Shown in pieces: positions 1 through 7,217 of a stretch of 64,000 bases of DNA. The number at the start of each line of letters is the position of its first letter. The stretch's first letter is position 1. Under the pieces are notes generated by a model. That model was not told the DNA's origin and ran no database searches. It saw only the letters and a program-made list of their open reading frames with translations. The position numbers were made by a program, and so were the translations under genes. This DNA comes from a virus. Its lineage: Duplodnaviria; Caudoviricetes. The stretch lies in the IMG/VR virus record IMGVR_UViG_3300021399_000002, positions 64,001-128,000 of that record. One strand, given 5' to 3'.

Positions 1-26
1 AATAAATAAGTTTCAATATGAATAAT

Positions 27-114
27 GGTAGCTAAACCGGACAAGCGTGCCGGCTCCGCCTCGAAAGCGGTAGGCACTGAAAGGTGTGGGGTGCAAGTCC
101 TCTGGCTATCGCCA
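27..114 (+). tRNA. tRNA-Ser(CGA)
   Basis: Acceptor GGTAGCT/GGCTATC, anticodon loop CT-CGA-AA, long variable arm, G discriminator, encoded CCA. Confidence 0.85.
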
Positions 115-162
115 TATATTGAAAAAATTTGGATAGCCTAAACATTATATTAGACGGAGTTG

Positions 163-450
163 ATGCATATGAGAAATCGTGCAGAAAAGCGTCATAATGA
201 TTGGCGCAAAGCAATTCGTAAAAGAAAAATTGTTGAAGAAGTTTATCGGTGGCCCGAAGGTTGGTATGATAACCTTCATCAATATAGTAAAAATAAAATT
301 TTTTGTAGCTGTCCAATGTGCCGAAGAAAAACTAGTAAAATTAAAATGAAAGATAGTTATGGGCCTGGCGGGAAAAATTGGCCTATTGCAGATGAAAAAC
401 GAATTGAAGAAATGAATGATCAAATATTTGACAATGAAGAAGAAATCTGA
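163..450 (+). CDS. hypothetical phage protein (CxCxxC motif)
   Basis: GGAG RBS, ATG to TGA. Confidence 0.7.
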   Translation: MHMRNRAEKRHNDWRKAIRKRKIVEEVYRWPEGWYDNLHQYSKNKIFCSCPMCRRKTSKIKMKDSYGPGGKNWPIADEKRIEEMNDQIFDNEEEI

Positions 451-456
451 TATAAT
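428..456 (+). promoter_or_regulatory. sigmaA-type promoter for the tRNA/ncRNA cluster
   Basis: TTGACA-17-TATAAT with extended TG. Confidence 0.8.
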
Positions 457-548
457 TATTATAGAAAAAGGGAGATAAGATATACATAAGAGGCAATTTG
501 ATAAAATTTGTTGCAAAAGAATTTTAAAGAAAATCTCCTTTCAAAAGA

Positions 549-627
549 GTCCTGTACCCTTGAGAAACTCGTATCAGATTCCTTTAAAGAATCATGGATA
601 AGCAGGACCGCGCGAAATAAAAGGGTA
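549..627 (+). ncRNA. candidate pseudoknotted small RNA
   Basis: GTCCTG(549)/CAGGAC(603) crossed by TACCCTT(555)/AAGGGTA(621); inner hairpin GATTC-CTTTAAA-GAATC. Confidence 0.45.
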
Positions 628-646
628 AGAGAATAAACGCATTTAT

Positions 647-718
647 CGAGGATGTAGTGTAGCGGTTAACACGGTTGATTTGGGATCAACAATGGCAGTT
701 CGACTCTGACATCTTCGA
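647..718 (+). tRNA. tRNA-Pro(TGG), slightly atypical
   Basis: GTTGA-TT-TGG-GA-TCAAC anticodon arm, GTTCGAC T-loop; 8-bp acceptor and one T-stem mismatch. Confidence 0.75.
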
Positions 719-723
719 CTGGA

Positions 724-815
724 TAGGCCATTACAGCAAATTATTTATAAAAGTAAAAGAAATGTCTGTAAAACATAACTGAGAAGGTTCGATCCCTTCA
801 AATTTAAATGGCCTA
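724..815 (+). ncRNA. tRNA-Tyr mimic closed by an ACAGCAA-bearing terminal stem (copy 1)
   Basis: TAGGCCATT/AATGGCCTA stem, ACAGCAA at 733, ATGT-CTGTAAA-ACAT arm, GAAGG-TTCGATC-CCTTC T-arm; no D-arm or CCA. Confidence 0.65.
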
Positions 816-824
816 GTTTTTTAT

Positions 825-931
825 TAGACCAAACAGCAATTAGGCTCGCTCTTAGCGAGGGTGGTATAAGTGGTAGTACATTTACTGTAAAGTAAAAAAT
901 TGGAGTTCGAATCTCCACCTAATTTGGTCTA
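825..931 (+). ncRNA. tRNA-Tyr mimic closed by an ACAGCAA-bearing terminal stem (copy 2)
   Basis: TAGACCAAA/TTTGGTCTA stem, ACAGCAA at 833, D-arm with TGGTA, CTGTAAA loop, TGGAG-TTCGAAT-CTCCA T-arm; no CCA. Confidence 0.65.
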
Positions 932-1050
932 GTTTGAATATTCGCTCTATCTTGGAGCTAGTAGATTGCCGCGTTGGATTGTTCCTATTTGAAAGAGGTA
1001 GAGTAGTATCTACAACTCTTCCGCGGCGTTTTATAGGAGAAATAAGAATA

Positions 1051-1311
1051 ATGAAAAATATAGATGGATATATCAATAGAATACAGACACCAGATGGTAA
1101 AATATATGCACTTACCTGTGAACCACTTGAAAATTTAAAATTAAATGAAGTTTATAATTGTCTAAAAGTAATGGATATGCTATTATATAAATATGCTTAT
1201 GAGCCAAAAACAGTTGTAGAATTTAATTCTACGGAAGAGATGGCAAAATATTTTCATATGTTTCTTTCAATAATCCTTCCAGAAGAATACAGGTATGATA
1301 AAGAAAAATGA
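1051..1311 (+). CDS. hypothetical protein
   Basis: AGGAG upstream of ATG 1051; TGA overlaps the tRNA start. Confidence 0.6.
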   Translation: MKNIDGYINRIQTPDGKIYALTCEPLENLKLNEVYNCLKVMDMLLYKYAYEPKTVVEFNSTEEMAKYFHMFLSIILPEEYRYDKEK

Positions 1312-1394
1312 CACTATGGCAGAGTGGTAATGCGTCAGATTGCTAATCTGTAGCCATCTTCACGGGTGCCGAGGTTCGAATCCTCGTAGTGTCG
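1310..1394 (+). tRNA. tRNA-Ser(GCT)
   Basis: GACACTA/TAGTGTC acceptor, CAGA-TT-GCT-AA-TCTG, long variable arm, GTTCGAATC. Confidence 0.9.
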
Positions 1395-1396
1395 CT

Positions 1397-1548
1397 GATG
1401 CGGTGGCGGAATAGGTAGACGCTATGGGCAAGACAGATATTCGAGGAGAACAGCTATTAAGTTAGCAGTATTGCTAAATAATACTAAGGCAATATCTTAG
1501 GTCATTGGGTCTGTCATGTGAGGTGCAAGCAAATCCTCACCCGCATTT
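1397..1548 (+). ncRNA. tRNA-like RNA with a ~95-nt domain replacing the anticodon and variable arms
   Basis: GATGCGG/CCGCATT acceptor, Leu-type D-arm GCGGAATAGGTAGACGC, GTGAGG/CCTCAC T-stem with expanded loop. Confidence 0.6.
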
Positions 1549-1550
1549 AT

Positions 1551-1584
1551 AGTCCCTTAGCGTAATGGTAGCGCAAGGAGTTGA
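1551..1584 (+). pseudogene. 5' half of an interrupted tRNA-Gln
   Basis: AGTCCCT acceptor strand, D-arm GCGTAATGGTAGCGC, then GGAG-TTGA; pairs with 2070-2108. Confidence 0.75.
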
Positions 1585-1588
1585 TTTA

Positions 1589-1990
1589 ATGGAAACTAAA
1601 ATATGTACAAAATGTGGTATAGAAAAATCTATAGATGATTTTGCTTGGCGTGATAAAGCAAAAGGAACTAGGCGTTCTGAATGTAAAACTTGTCATAGTA
1701 ATTATATGAAAGAAAAATATAAAGAAAAACGACAAGCAATAGGAGAAATTAAATAGGATTTATCTTGTGCTAAATGTGGATATAATGAATATCCAACAGC
1801 TTTAGATTTTCATCATTTAGATCCAAGTCAAAAAGATACCACAGTCGCACGAATGATCGCAGCTAAATATAGTTTAGAGCGTGCCTTATCTGAAATTGAT
1901 AAATGTGTATGCTTATGTGCTAATTGCCATCGTGTATTTCATTTCCTTGAAAAAGAAGAAGGAATTACAATTGATGAGTTTCTAAAATAA
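1589..1990 (+). CDS. HNH homing endonuclease (one in-frame TAG=Gln)
   Basis: CxxC Zn finger; reading through TAG 1754 gives CAKCG..ALDFHH..LCANCHRVFH, ends TAA; 133 aa. Confidence 0.85.
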
Positions 1991-2064
1991 TGGGGTGTCG
2001 CCAAGTTGGTCGAAGGCACAGGACTTTGACTCCTGCATCGTTGGTTCGAATCCAACCACCCCAG
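1991..2064 (+). tRNA. tRNA-Gln(TTG)
   Basis: TGGGGTG/CACCCCA, CAGGA-CT-TTG-AC-TCCTG, GTTCGAATC. Confidence 0.92.
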
Positions 2065-2069
2065 CTTAA

Positions 2070-2108
2070 TTGACTCCACATGTGATGGTCCGATTCCATC
2101 AGGGACTG
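2070..2108 (+). pseudogene. 3' half of an interrupted tRNA-Gln
   Basis: TTGACTCC, GATGG-TCCGATT-CCATC T-arm, AGGGACT-G complementary to 1551-1557. Confidence 0.75.
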
Positions 2109-2136
2109 CTTAAATAAAGAAAGGAAGCATCTAAAA

Positions 2137-2475
2137 ATGGAAATTATGTATAATCGTAAGAATGGTAAACGCTATGAAGTATATCAGTATATAATGGTTG
2201 ACAACCATAGTTATGCACTATGCTATGATACAGATCAAGCGGGTCAGTGTGGTCAGGGATGGTGTAGGATGCGGCTAAAAGATCTCGTACCTGAAACACA
2301 TGCCGATCCTGTAACAGGACAATTTATGTCTAATACTGAACGCAGTAAAATTAAGCGTAATTTAAAACTTATCGCCGCAACCTGGGAATGCACCGATGGT
2401 ACTACATATGATCATTCTCATATTGAAGATGCAATTCAGCATCAAAAAATGCTTATAGAAATGAATAATAAATAA
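2137..2475 (+). CDS. hypothetical protein
   Basis: AAGGA RBS, 112-aa ORF. Confidence 0.7.
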   Translation: MEIMYNRKNGKRYEVYQYIMVDNHSYALCYDTDQAGQCGQGWCRMRLKDLVPETHADPVTGQFMSNTERSKIKRNLKLIAATWECTDGTTYDHSHIEDAIQHQKMLIEMNNK

Positions 2476-2484
2476 TTTTAATAT

Positions 2485-2513
2485 TTGACTTTAAATAAAA
2501 TTTATGATATAAT
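2485..2513 (+). promoter_or_regulatory. sigmaA-type promoter upstream of large ncRNA
   Basis: TTGACT-17-TATAAT with TG. Confidence 0.8.
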
Positions 2514-2546
2514 AAATATGTTGAAAAGGGAAACCTTGAACAAAAT

Positions 2547-3137
2547 AAAAGATGCTTAATTCAGTAAATTAGAACCCAGTGAAGAAATGTTGACCGCATT
2601 GCTGGGGACATCTGAATGTCATCCAAAACCTTGATGGGATACTTTCAAGTATTGGGCGCAAAATCGGTAACGATTAGCGATAAGGGAGAAACTCCAAATG
2701 ACAAGGATGGGCGCTTTTATATCTAGTTGTAAATGCATGATTCCTTACGGCGGGATAATAGAAAGCTTAGTGAATAGCTAAGCCGAATCCTAATAAGGGT
2801 TTTAGTTGGTGACTGTAATCAAACTTAGGAAGAACCATAACTCGCTACTGCTGTTGAAAGTCAGAAATGACATATAAGTAAGGTTTACAGTAGTTATAGT
2901 TCAAATTGGCAGCAATTTAATATATAGAAGATTGAAAATTCTTTCAAATAAAATTGCTGAATGGTTGAATTAAACTTTGAGGTAGTCAATCCTCATCTAG
3001 CTTAGACCGAAAGGTAAGCATTAAAAGTGATCGGGTCGCGCCCGGCGCTCAGCGTAATGTTTCTAGATAGCATAATATACAATGGGGATATAAAAGTACG
3101 GAGAAAGACCGCGAATTTATTGAATTAAGCATCTTTT
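2547..3137 (+). ncRNA. large (~590 nt) structured ncRNA, ROOL/GOLLD-class candidate
   Basis: No ORF of 60 aa or more, own promoter, closed by a ~23-bp helix (2548-2570/3114-3136), many hairpins including GAAA-type loops. Confidence 0.65.
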
Positions 3138-3153
3138 TATTAGGAGGAATATT

Positions 3154-3462
3154 ATGCCTACTCCGATTTATGAAATTTATGTAATGAGCGAACCTTGGCA
3201 TTTAGATGATAAAAAATTTCCAACTTGCGGTATTAGGGAAAGAGTTGGTTTTTATTATGATAAAAAGGATGCTATTCGCGCAGTAGAAGAAAATTGGTGC
3301 GATCTTCAAGACCATTATGCTCAGGCCGCGGAAATTTGTAAATTAACTCCTGGGTTGTATTCGTCTCCTTCTTATTCCGAATATTGGTATTATTTATGGA
3401 ATCAAAAAGAAAAAAAGTTTGAAATAACACGAAAGCCTAAATTTGAAGGATGGGATTGTTAA
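3154..3462 (+). CDS. hypothetical protein
   Basis: AGGAGG RBS. Confidence 0.75.
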   Translation: MPTPIYEIYVMSEPWHLDDKKFPTCGIRERVGFYYDKKDAIRAVEENWCDLQDHYAQAAEICKLTPGLYSSPSYSEYWYYLWNQKEKKFEITRKPKFEGWDC

Positions 3463-3465
3463 ATA

Positions 3466-3936
3466 ATGGAAGAAATTATTTATTTAGAATTTAATAATTG
3501 GTTCGGCGGTAGAGATTATCCAGAAATTCCTAATATTGAAGAATGGGTTGGTGGATGTGATAGGTTAGGATATAATTCACCACTTTTAAATGATGAGTGG
3601 TGTAAAGCACAAAAAATTTGTGTAAAAGTTGGGAATATTGATATGTCAATTAATTTTTGTATTACCGCCCTTCGTAGTTGGGTAGAGCAAAATTGTCCCG
3701 AATGTCTTACTGACGATACCTACACAGAAAATTTTTGTTATTCTAATGGACAAGAACAATGGACTAAGACTGAAAAATATTCTTTTGATCGATTTAGAAG
3801 AATGCCAGAAGATGGTGATGAGACAGTTTATGGCCGCTTTGGTTGGCGTTTTCTTGAATACAAAGAAGAAAACTTCGGGTGTATTTGGCGCGATGAAGAA
3901 GATAATATTATTGAAGAAGAGGATGAAGAAGAATGA
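3466..3936 (+). CDS. hypothetical acidic protein
   Basis: ORF in operon, ATGA overlap with next gene. Confidence 0.75.
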   Translation: MEEIIYLEFNNWFGGRDYPEIPNIEEWVGGCDRLGYNSPLLNDEWCKAQKICVKVGNIDMSINFCITALRSWVEQNCPECLTDDTYTENFCYSNGQEQWTKTEKYSFDRFRRMPEDGDETVYGRFGWRFLEYKEENFGCIWRDEEDNIIEEEDEEE

Positions 3937-4391
3937 AACTTTATACTTCATACTTCGCTCAATTAAGAAAATTTCCAACTAATTTGGTGGGCCTTTCAAC
4001 TGCAATATGGAATCCTAAATGGCGGCCAATGGGTAAAGATGCGCGTGGAGTAATATGTGTAGATTGTCCTCCATTTAAGCCTGGGAAGCAATGTGAAGGG
4101 TTGTGTCAAGGGCCACAAATATGCAATGAAATGCATCCAGATAGAACTCCAGAAAATTGTCCATTTTTAAAGGAATATAAAGCGCAGTTAGATAAGATAA
4201 ATATTATAAGTATTCAAAATAGTTTAGGCACTTTAGCAACTCGCATTGCTAAGGATGAAGGCTTGAAAGATATAGATTTTGCATTTTTAGTTTATGAAAC
4301 TCCTACAAATCCATGCTCTGAACGAATCGCAATTCAGCAATATTTTAAAGAGCATGGAATTGAATGTAAAGAATGGCAACCTAATATTTGA
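3933..4391 (+). CDS. DUF488-like protein
   Basis: N-terminal KLYTSYF and C-terminal YE.P..CSER pattern. Confidence 0.5.
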   Translation: MKLYTSYFAQLRKFPTNLVGLSTAIWNPKWRPMGKDARGVICVDCPPFKPGKQCEGLCQGPQICNEMHPDRTPENCPFLKEYKAQLDKINIISIQNSLGTLATRIAKDEGLKDIDFAFLVYETPTNPCSERIAIQQYFKEHGIECKEWQPNI

Positions 4392-4416
4392 CTTTATCTA
4401 AATTTTCTGTTATAAT
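4388..4416 (+). promoter_or_regulatory. sigmaA-type promoter
   Basis: TTGACT-17-TATAAT with TG. Confidence 0.8.
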
Positions 4417-4441
4417 ATAATTACAGAAAGGGGAGATAGAG

Positions 4442-4804
4442 ATGCGTAAGTATAGTATGAAATCTCATAAGCGTAAGAATCATCAGCATTGGTTTAATCA
4501 GTATTGCCGTTATGTAAATAAAACCATTGAAGAAGATGAACTTTGGCTTGGACGCTTTTGTGTTAAACAGAAGCGTACTCAAATGGAATGGTTTGAAGAT
4601 GGAAGTGGCGGCCTGATGCGTGCAGAACTGATCATGTTTGATAAAAAAACTAAGATTACTCGCGTAGGCTGGTATGATGGTCTTGATATGGATTGGAAAT
4701 TTTGGCACGATTTTAATGATTTTATCATTGATGATTGTAAAGTATGGGAAGAAGTTCCAGATGTGCGTATAAATCGTATTGATTATAGGAAGGAATATAA
4801 ATAA
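4442..4804 (+). CDS. hypothetical protein
   Basis: GGGAG RBS. Confidence 0.75.
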   Translation: MRKYSMKSHKRKNHQHWFNQYCRYVNKTIEEDELWLGRFCVKQKRTQMEWFEDGSGGLMRAELIMFDKKTKITRVGWYDGLDMDWKFWHDFNDFIIDDCKVWEEVPDVRINRIDYRKEYK

Positions 4805-5031
4805 TGTTTTATAAATATAAAGTCGGTTGGTATGATTCTTATAAAGATGAAGAAATTTATAGCGAAGGTATTGTAAGCGCATCTGATTATAGCATCGCCG
4901 CGGATCGAGTAGTAGATAGTTATGGAAAAGATTCTGTATTTGAAATACAGTTACGAGAAATTTTATGTGACGATGACAATGATTATTGTCTTTCCAAGGA
5001 AGATATTGATTATGCTTTCAAGGAAGATTGA
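4804..5031 (+). CDS. hypothetical protein
   Basis: TAATG overlap with previous gene. Confidence 0.7.
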   Translation: MFYKYKVGWYDSYKDEEIYSEGIVSASDYSIAADRVVDSYGKDSVFEIQLREILCDDDNDYCLSKEDIDYAFKED

Positions 5032-5039
5032 TAAGATAC

Positions 5040-5678
5040 CGCAGAAAGGATGATGCGGGATAAAAATATCAACCATCCTTATATGGTCAAGAACTTGAAA
5101 TTAGTTACAGTCATATATTGAGTCCTGAAGCCGTTAATGTGAGAACGACTATGCGTGAATGCTTGTGAAGTAAAGTAACAATGCTAAAACACATTTAAAA
5201 CGCTAGGCACTGGAAACTCCATACGAAGATAGGAGGCCCACTGGAGAATAGCAGGTGTAGGTCTTTATATGCGATAGACCAACTTAGTACATAATGTGGC
5301 TAAACTTGGAATATTAAGTATAATGTAAAGGAACCTCAAGTGTTAAGGTGAGTGACCAGGGACATCAGCATATAAGTGACAGCGAGAACTCCTTTGACTT
5401 ATATGTTCGCCCGAAGACTAGACTATGCTGAAAGGTCGCAGGCATGTGGAAGTATGGAATGGCATCCAAGTTAGATGTACACGAGAATTGGGTTAAAGGA
5501 TGCTAATTGAGTACGCGGCCAGCTCGTTAAATCGGCCTCAGAGGTACCAGTCACTCTGTATAATAACGACTGTGTATCATAGGTGTGATGGCGGCGGCAC
5601 CTAAAATCGCCACCGTGCGGCGCCAGTGGGATAATGTTTAAAGCAAAAGTCGCCCCTTAAGACTGGCAAATTTACTTC
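5040..5678 (+). ncRNA. second large (~640 nt) structured ncRNA candidate
   Basis: No ORF of 60 aa or more, GC above background, long-range pairs CCCACTGG(5237)/CCAGTGGG(5623), GAGTGAC(5350)/GTCACTC(5550), ACAGTC(5107)/GACTGT(5568); ends at a terminator. Confidence 0.55.
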
Positions 5679-5706
5679 GGGACAGCATTTGCTGTCCCAC
5701 TTTTTT
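5679..5706 (+). terminator. intrinsic terminator
   Basis: GGGACAGC-ATTT-GCTGTCCC then T-tract. Confidence 0.8.
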
Positions 5707-5708
5707 AT

Positions 5709-5737
5709 TTGACTTTTAATTAAAATTAATGTATAAT
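5709..5737 (+). promoter_or_regulatory. sigmaA-type promoter
   Basis: TTGACT-17-TATAAT. Confidence 0.75.
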
Positions 5738-5765
5738 TTTTATATAAGAAAGAGAGGTATTAAGA

Positions 5766-6557
5766 ATGAATTTGAATATTTACACAACCGAAATGGCAAA
5801 ATCAATATGGGATAAAGCTTTTTTTATGGATAAAATTATAGGAGCTAAATGCGTAATTGATTTTGGATGTGCAAATGGCGCAATGACTCGTTATCTTTCT
5901 GACCTTCATCCAGATATAACATTTGTAGGATATGATATTTCACATGAATTAATTGATCAAGCCATAATTAATGCACGCTTGTGTCCAAATAATAATCTTT
6001 TATATTATTGTGGCATTTGGGATGGATTACAAGATATGGAAGATTATGTTATAAACCATTTTGCACCAGAAGAAATCTGTATTAATTTCTCTTCTGTTCT
6101 ACATGAAGTATATTCATCAACAGGTGGCATTGAAACAATTAAAGAATTAGTTGATAAACTTAATCCGCGTTATATTACAATTCGTGATATGTATTGTGAT
6201 GAACATTTGCCTTTTACCAAGCCTACATTTAGTGAAATTTGGGGACCACTTCCCTATCAATGCTGCGTTGAATTTGTGGATAAATTTGGTATGATTACAG
6301 ATTGGCGTAGTATGACGCATCTTTTAATGAAACTTCAATGGAAAGATAATGGCTGGGAAGAAGAATTAAAAGAAGATTATTATTCTTGGGATATTGATAA
6401 GTTTATTAAGGATATTAGTATTGGCGGTGAGTATATCCCTAGCTTTGATTGCCGCTACCAGCTTCCATATCTTGGAGAGAAATGGAAGAAGGAATATGGG
6501 TGGTATAATCCTGATATTCATACTCATGCTCAATTTATTCTTAGGAGGGATGATTAA
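5766..6557 (+). CDS. class I SAM-dependent methyltransferase
   Basis: VIDFGCANG motif I, VGYDIS, SSVLHE. Confidence 0.8.
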   Translation: MNLNIYTTEMAKSIWDKAFFMDKIIGAKCVIDFGCANGAMTRYLSDLHPDITFVGYDISHELIDQAIINARLCPNNNLLYYCGIWDGLQDMEDYVINHFAPEEICINFSSVLHEVYSSTGGIETIKELVDKLNPRYITIRDMYCDEHLPFTKPTFSEIWGPLPYQCCVEFVDKFGMITDWRSMTHLLMKLQWKDNGWEEELKEDYYSWDIDKFIKDISIGGEYIPSFDCRYQLPYLGEKWKKEYGWYNPDIHTHAQFILRRDD

Positions 6558-7024
6558 TGCCAATTTTGTATATTCTTTGCGGGCCGAGTGGCTGCGGAAA
6601 AACTACTTGGGCTAACGATTTTATTAAAGAGCATCATGATATTCGTTATGTATCTCGGGATGAAATTCGTTTTCAGTTGGTAAATCCTGATGAAAGTTAT
6701 TTTTCACGCGAAAAGGAAGTCTTTCGGCGCTTTGCCAATACTATTCGGCACACTCTTGTAGATGGCTTTGATTGTATTGCCGATGCCACTCATTTGAATG
6801 AATTTTCCCGTCGTAAGCTTACACAAGCAATTGACATGTATTTTAAAGACTATGAAATTGTTTATGTCAGTTTTAATGTAAATGTAGATACATGTATTGA
6901 ACATAATGCTAATCGTGAAGGCAGAGCTAATGTTCCTGAAACTGTAATTCGTAATATGTGCAGAGACTTTCGTACTCCATCTATTGATGAAGATGAGCGT
7001 GTAAAGGAGATTATTAATGTATAA
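6557..7024 (+). CDS. polynucleotide 5'-kinase-like P-loop protein (AAA_33, Pnkp kinase domain)
   Basis: GPSGCGKTT, SRDEIR, IADATHL, R..VPE.VI. Confidence 0.8.
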   Translation: MPILYILCGPSGCGKTTWANDFIKEHHDIRYVSRDEIRFQLVNPDESYFSREKEVFRRFANTIRHTLVDGFDCIADATHLNEFSRRKLTQAIDMYFKDYEIVYVSFNVNVDTCIEHNANREGRANVPETVIRNMCRDFRTPSIDEDERVKEIINV

Positions 7025-7217
7025 TATAGAAAAAATTAAAAACGCAGCTATTGCTGCAGATATTTATAATTACCTTAAAACAGCATATTATGGGACAACT
7101 CAAGAAGAAATTGATTTTAGAGTAAATTACGGTTCAAATGGCGTAGTGAATAAAGTACTAAATTATATTTATAATAAATATCTAAAAGAACCATTTAGTG
7201 AAACAGATAGGAAGTGA
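7017..7217 (+). CDS. hypothetical protein
   Basis: AAGGAG RBS, overlaps both neighbours. Confidence 0.6.
   Translation: MYNIEKIKNAAIAADIYNYLKTAYYGTTQEEIDFRVNYGSNGVVNKVLNYIYNKYLKEPFSETDRK

Noticed and set aside
470-540. A third ACAGCAA/tRNA-like element (GGAGAT..TTGCAAA..ATCTCC)
   Set aside because: Only a weak 6-bp closure, with no T-arm and no intact motif.
549-627. HDV-like (theta) ribozyme next to tRNAs
   Set aside because: It has a pseudoknot and GCGAA, but no P3/L3 abutting P1, and it is not at a tRNA 3' end. Kept only as an unknown RNA.
27-2108. Amber suppressor tRNA (CUA)
   Set aside because: The anticodons seen are CGA, TGG, GTA-like, GCT and TTG. The CTA inside the 1467-1485 hairpin is not at the anticodon position.
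5766-6557. Bona fide Hen1 methyltransferase
   Set aside because: It lacks the EVIEH and H.FEW-type Hen1 motifs; only the gene order is suggestive.
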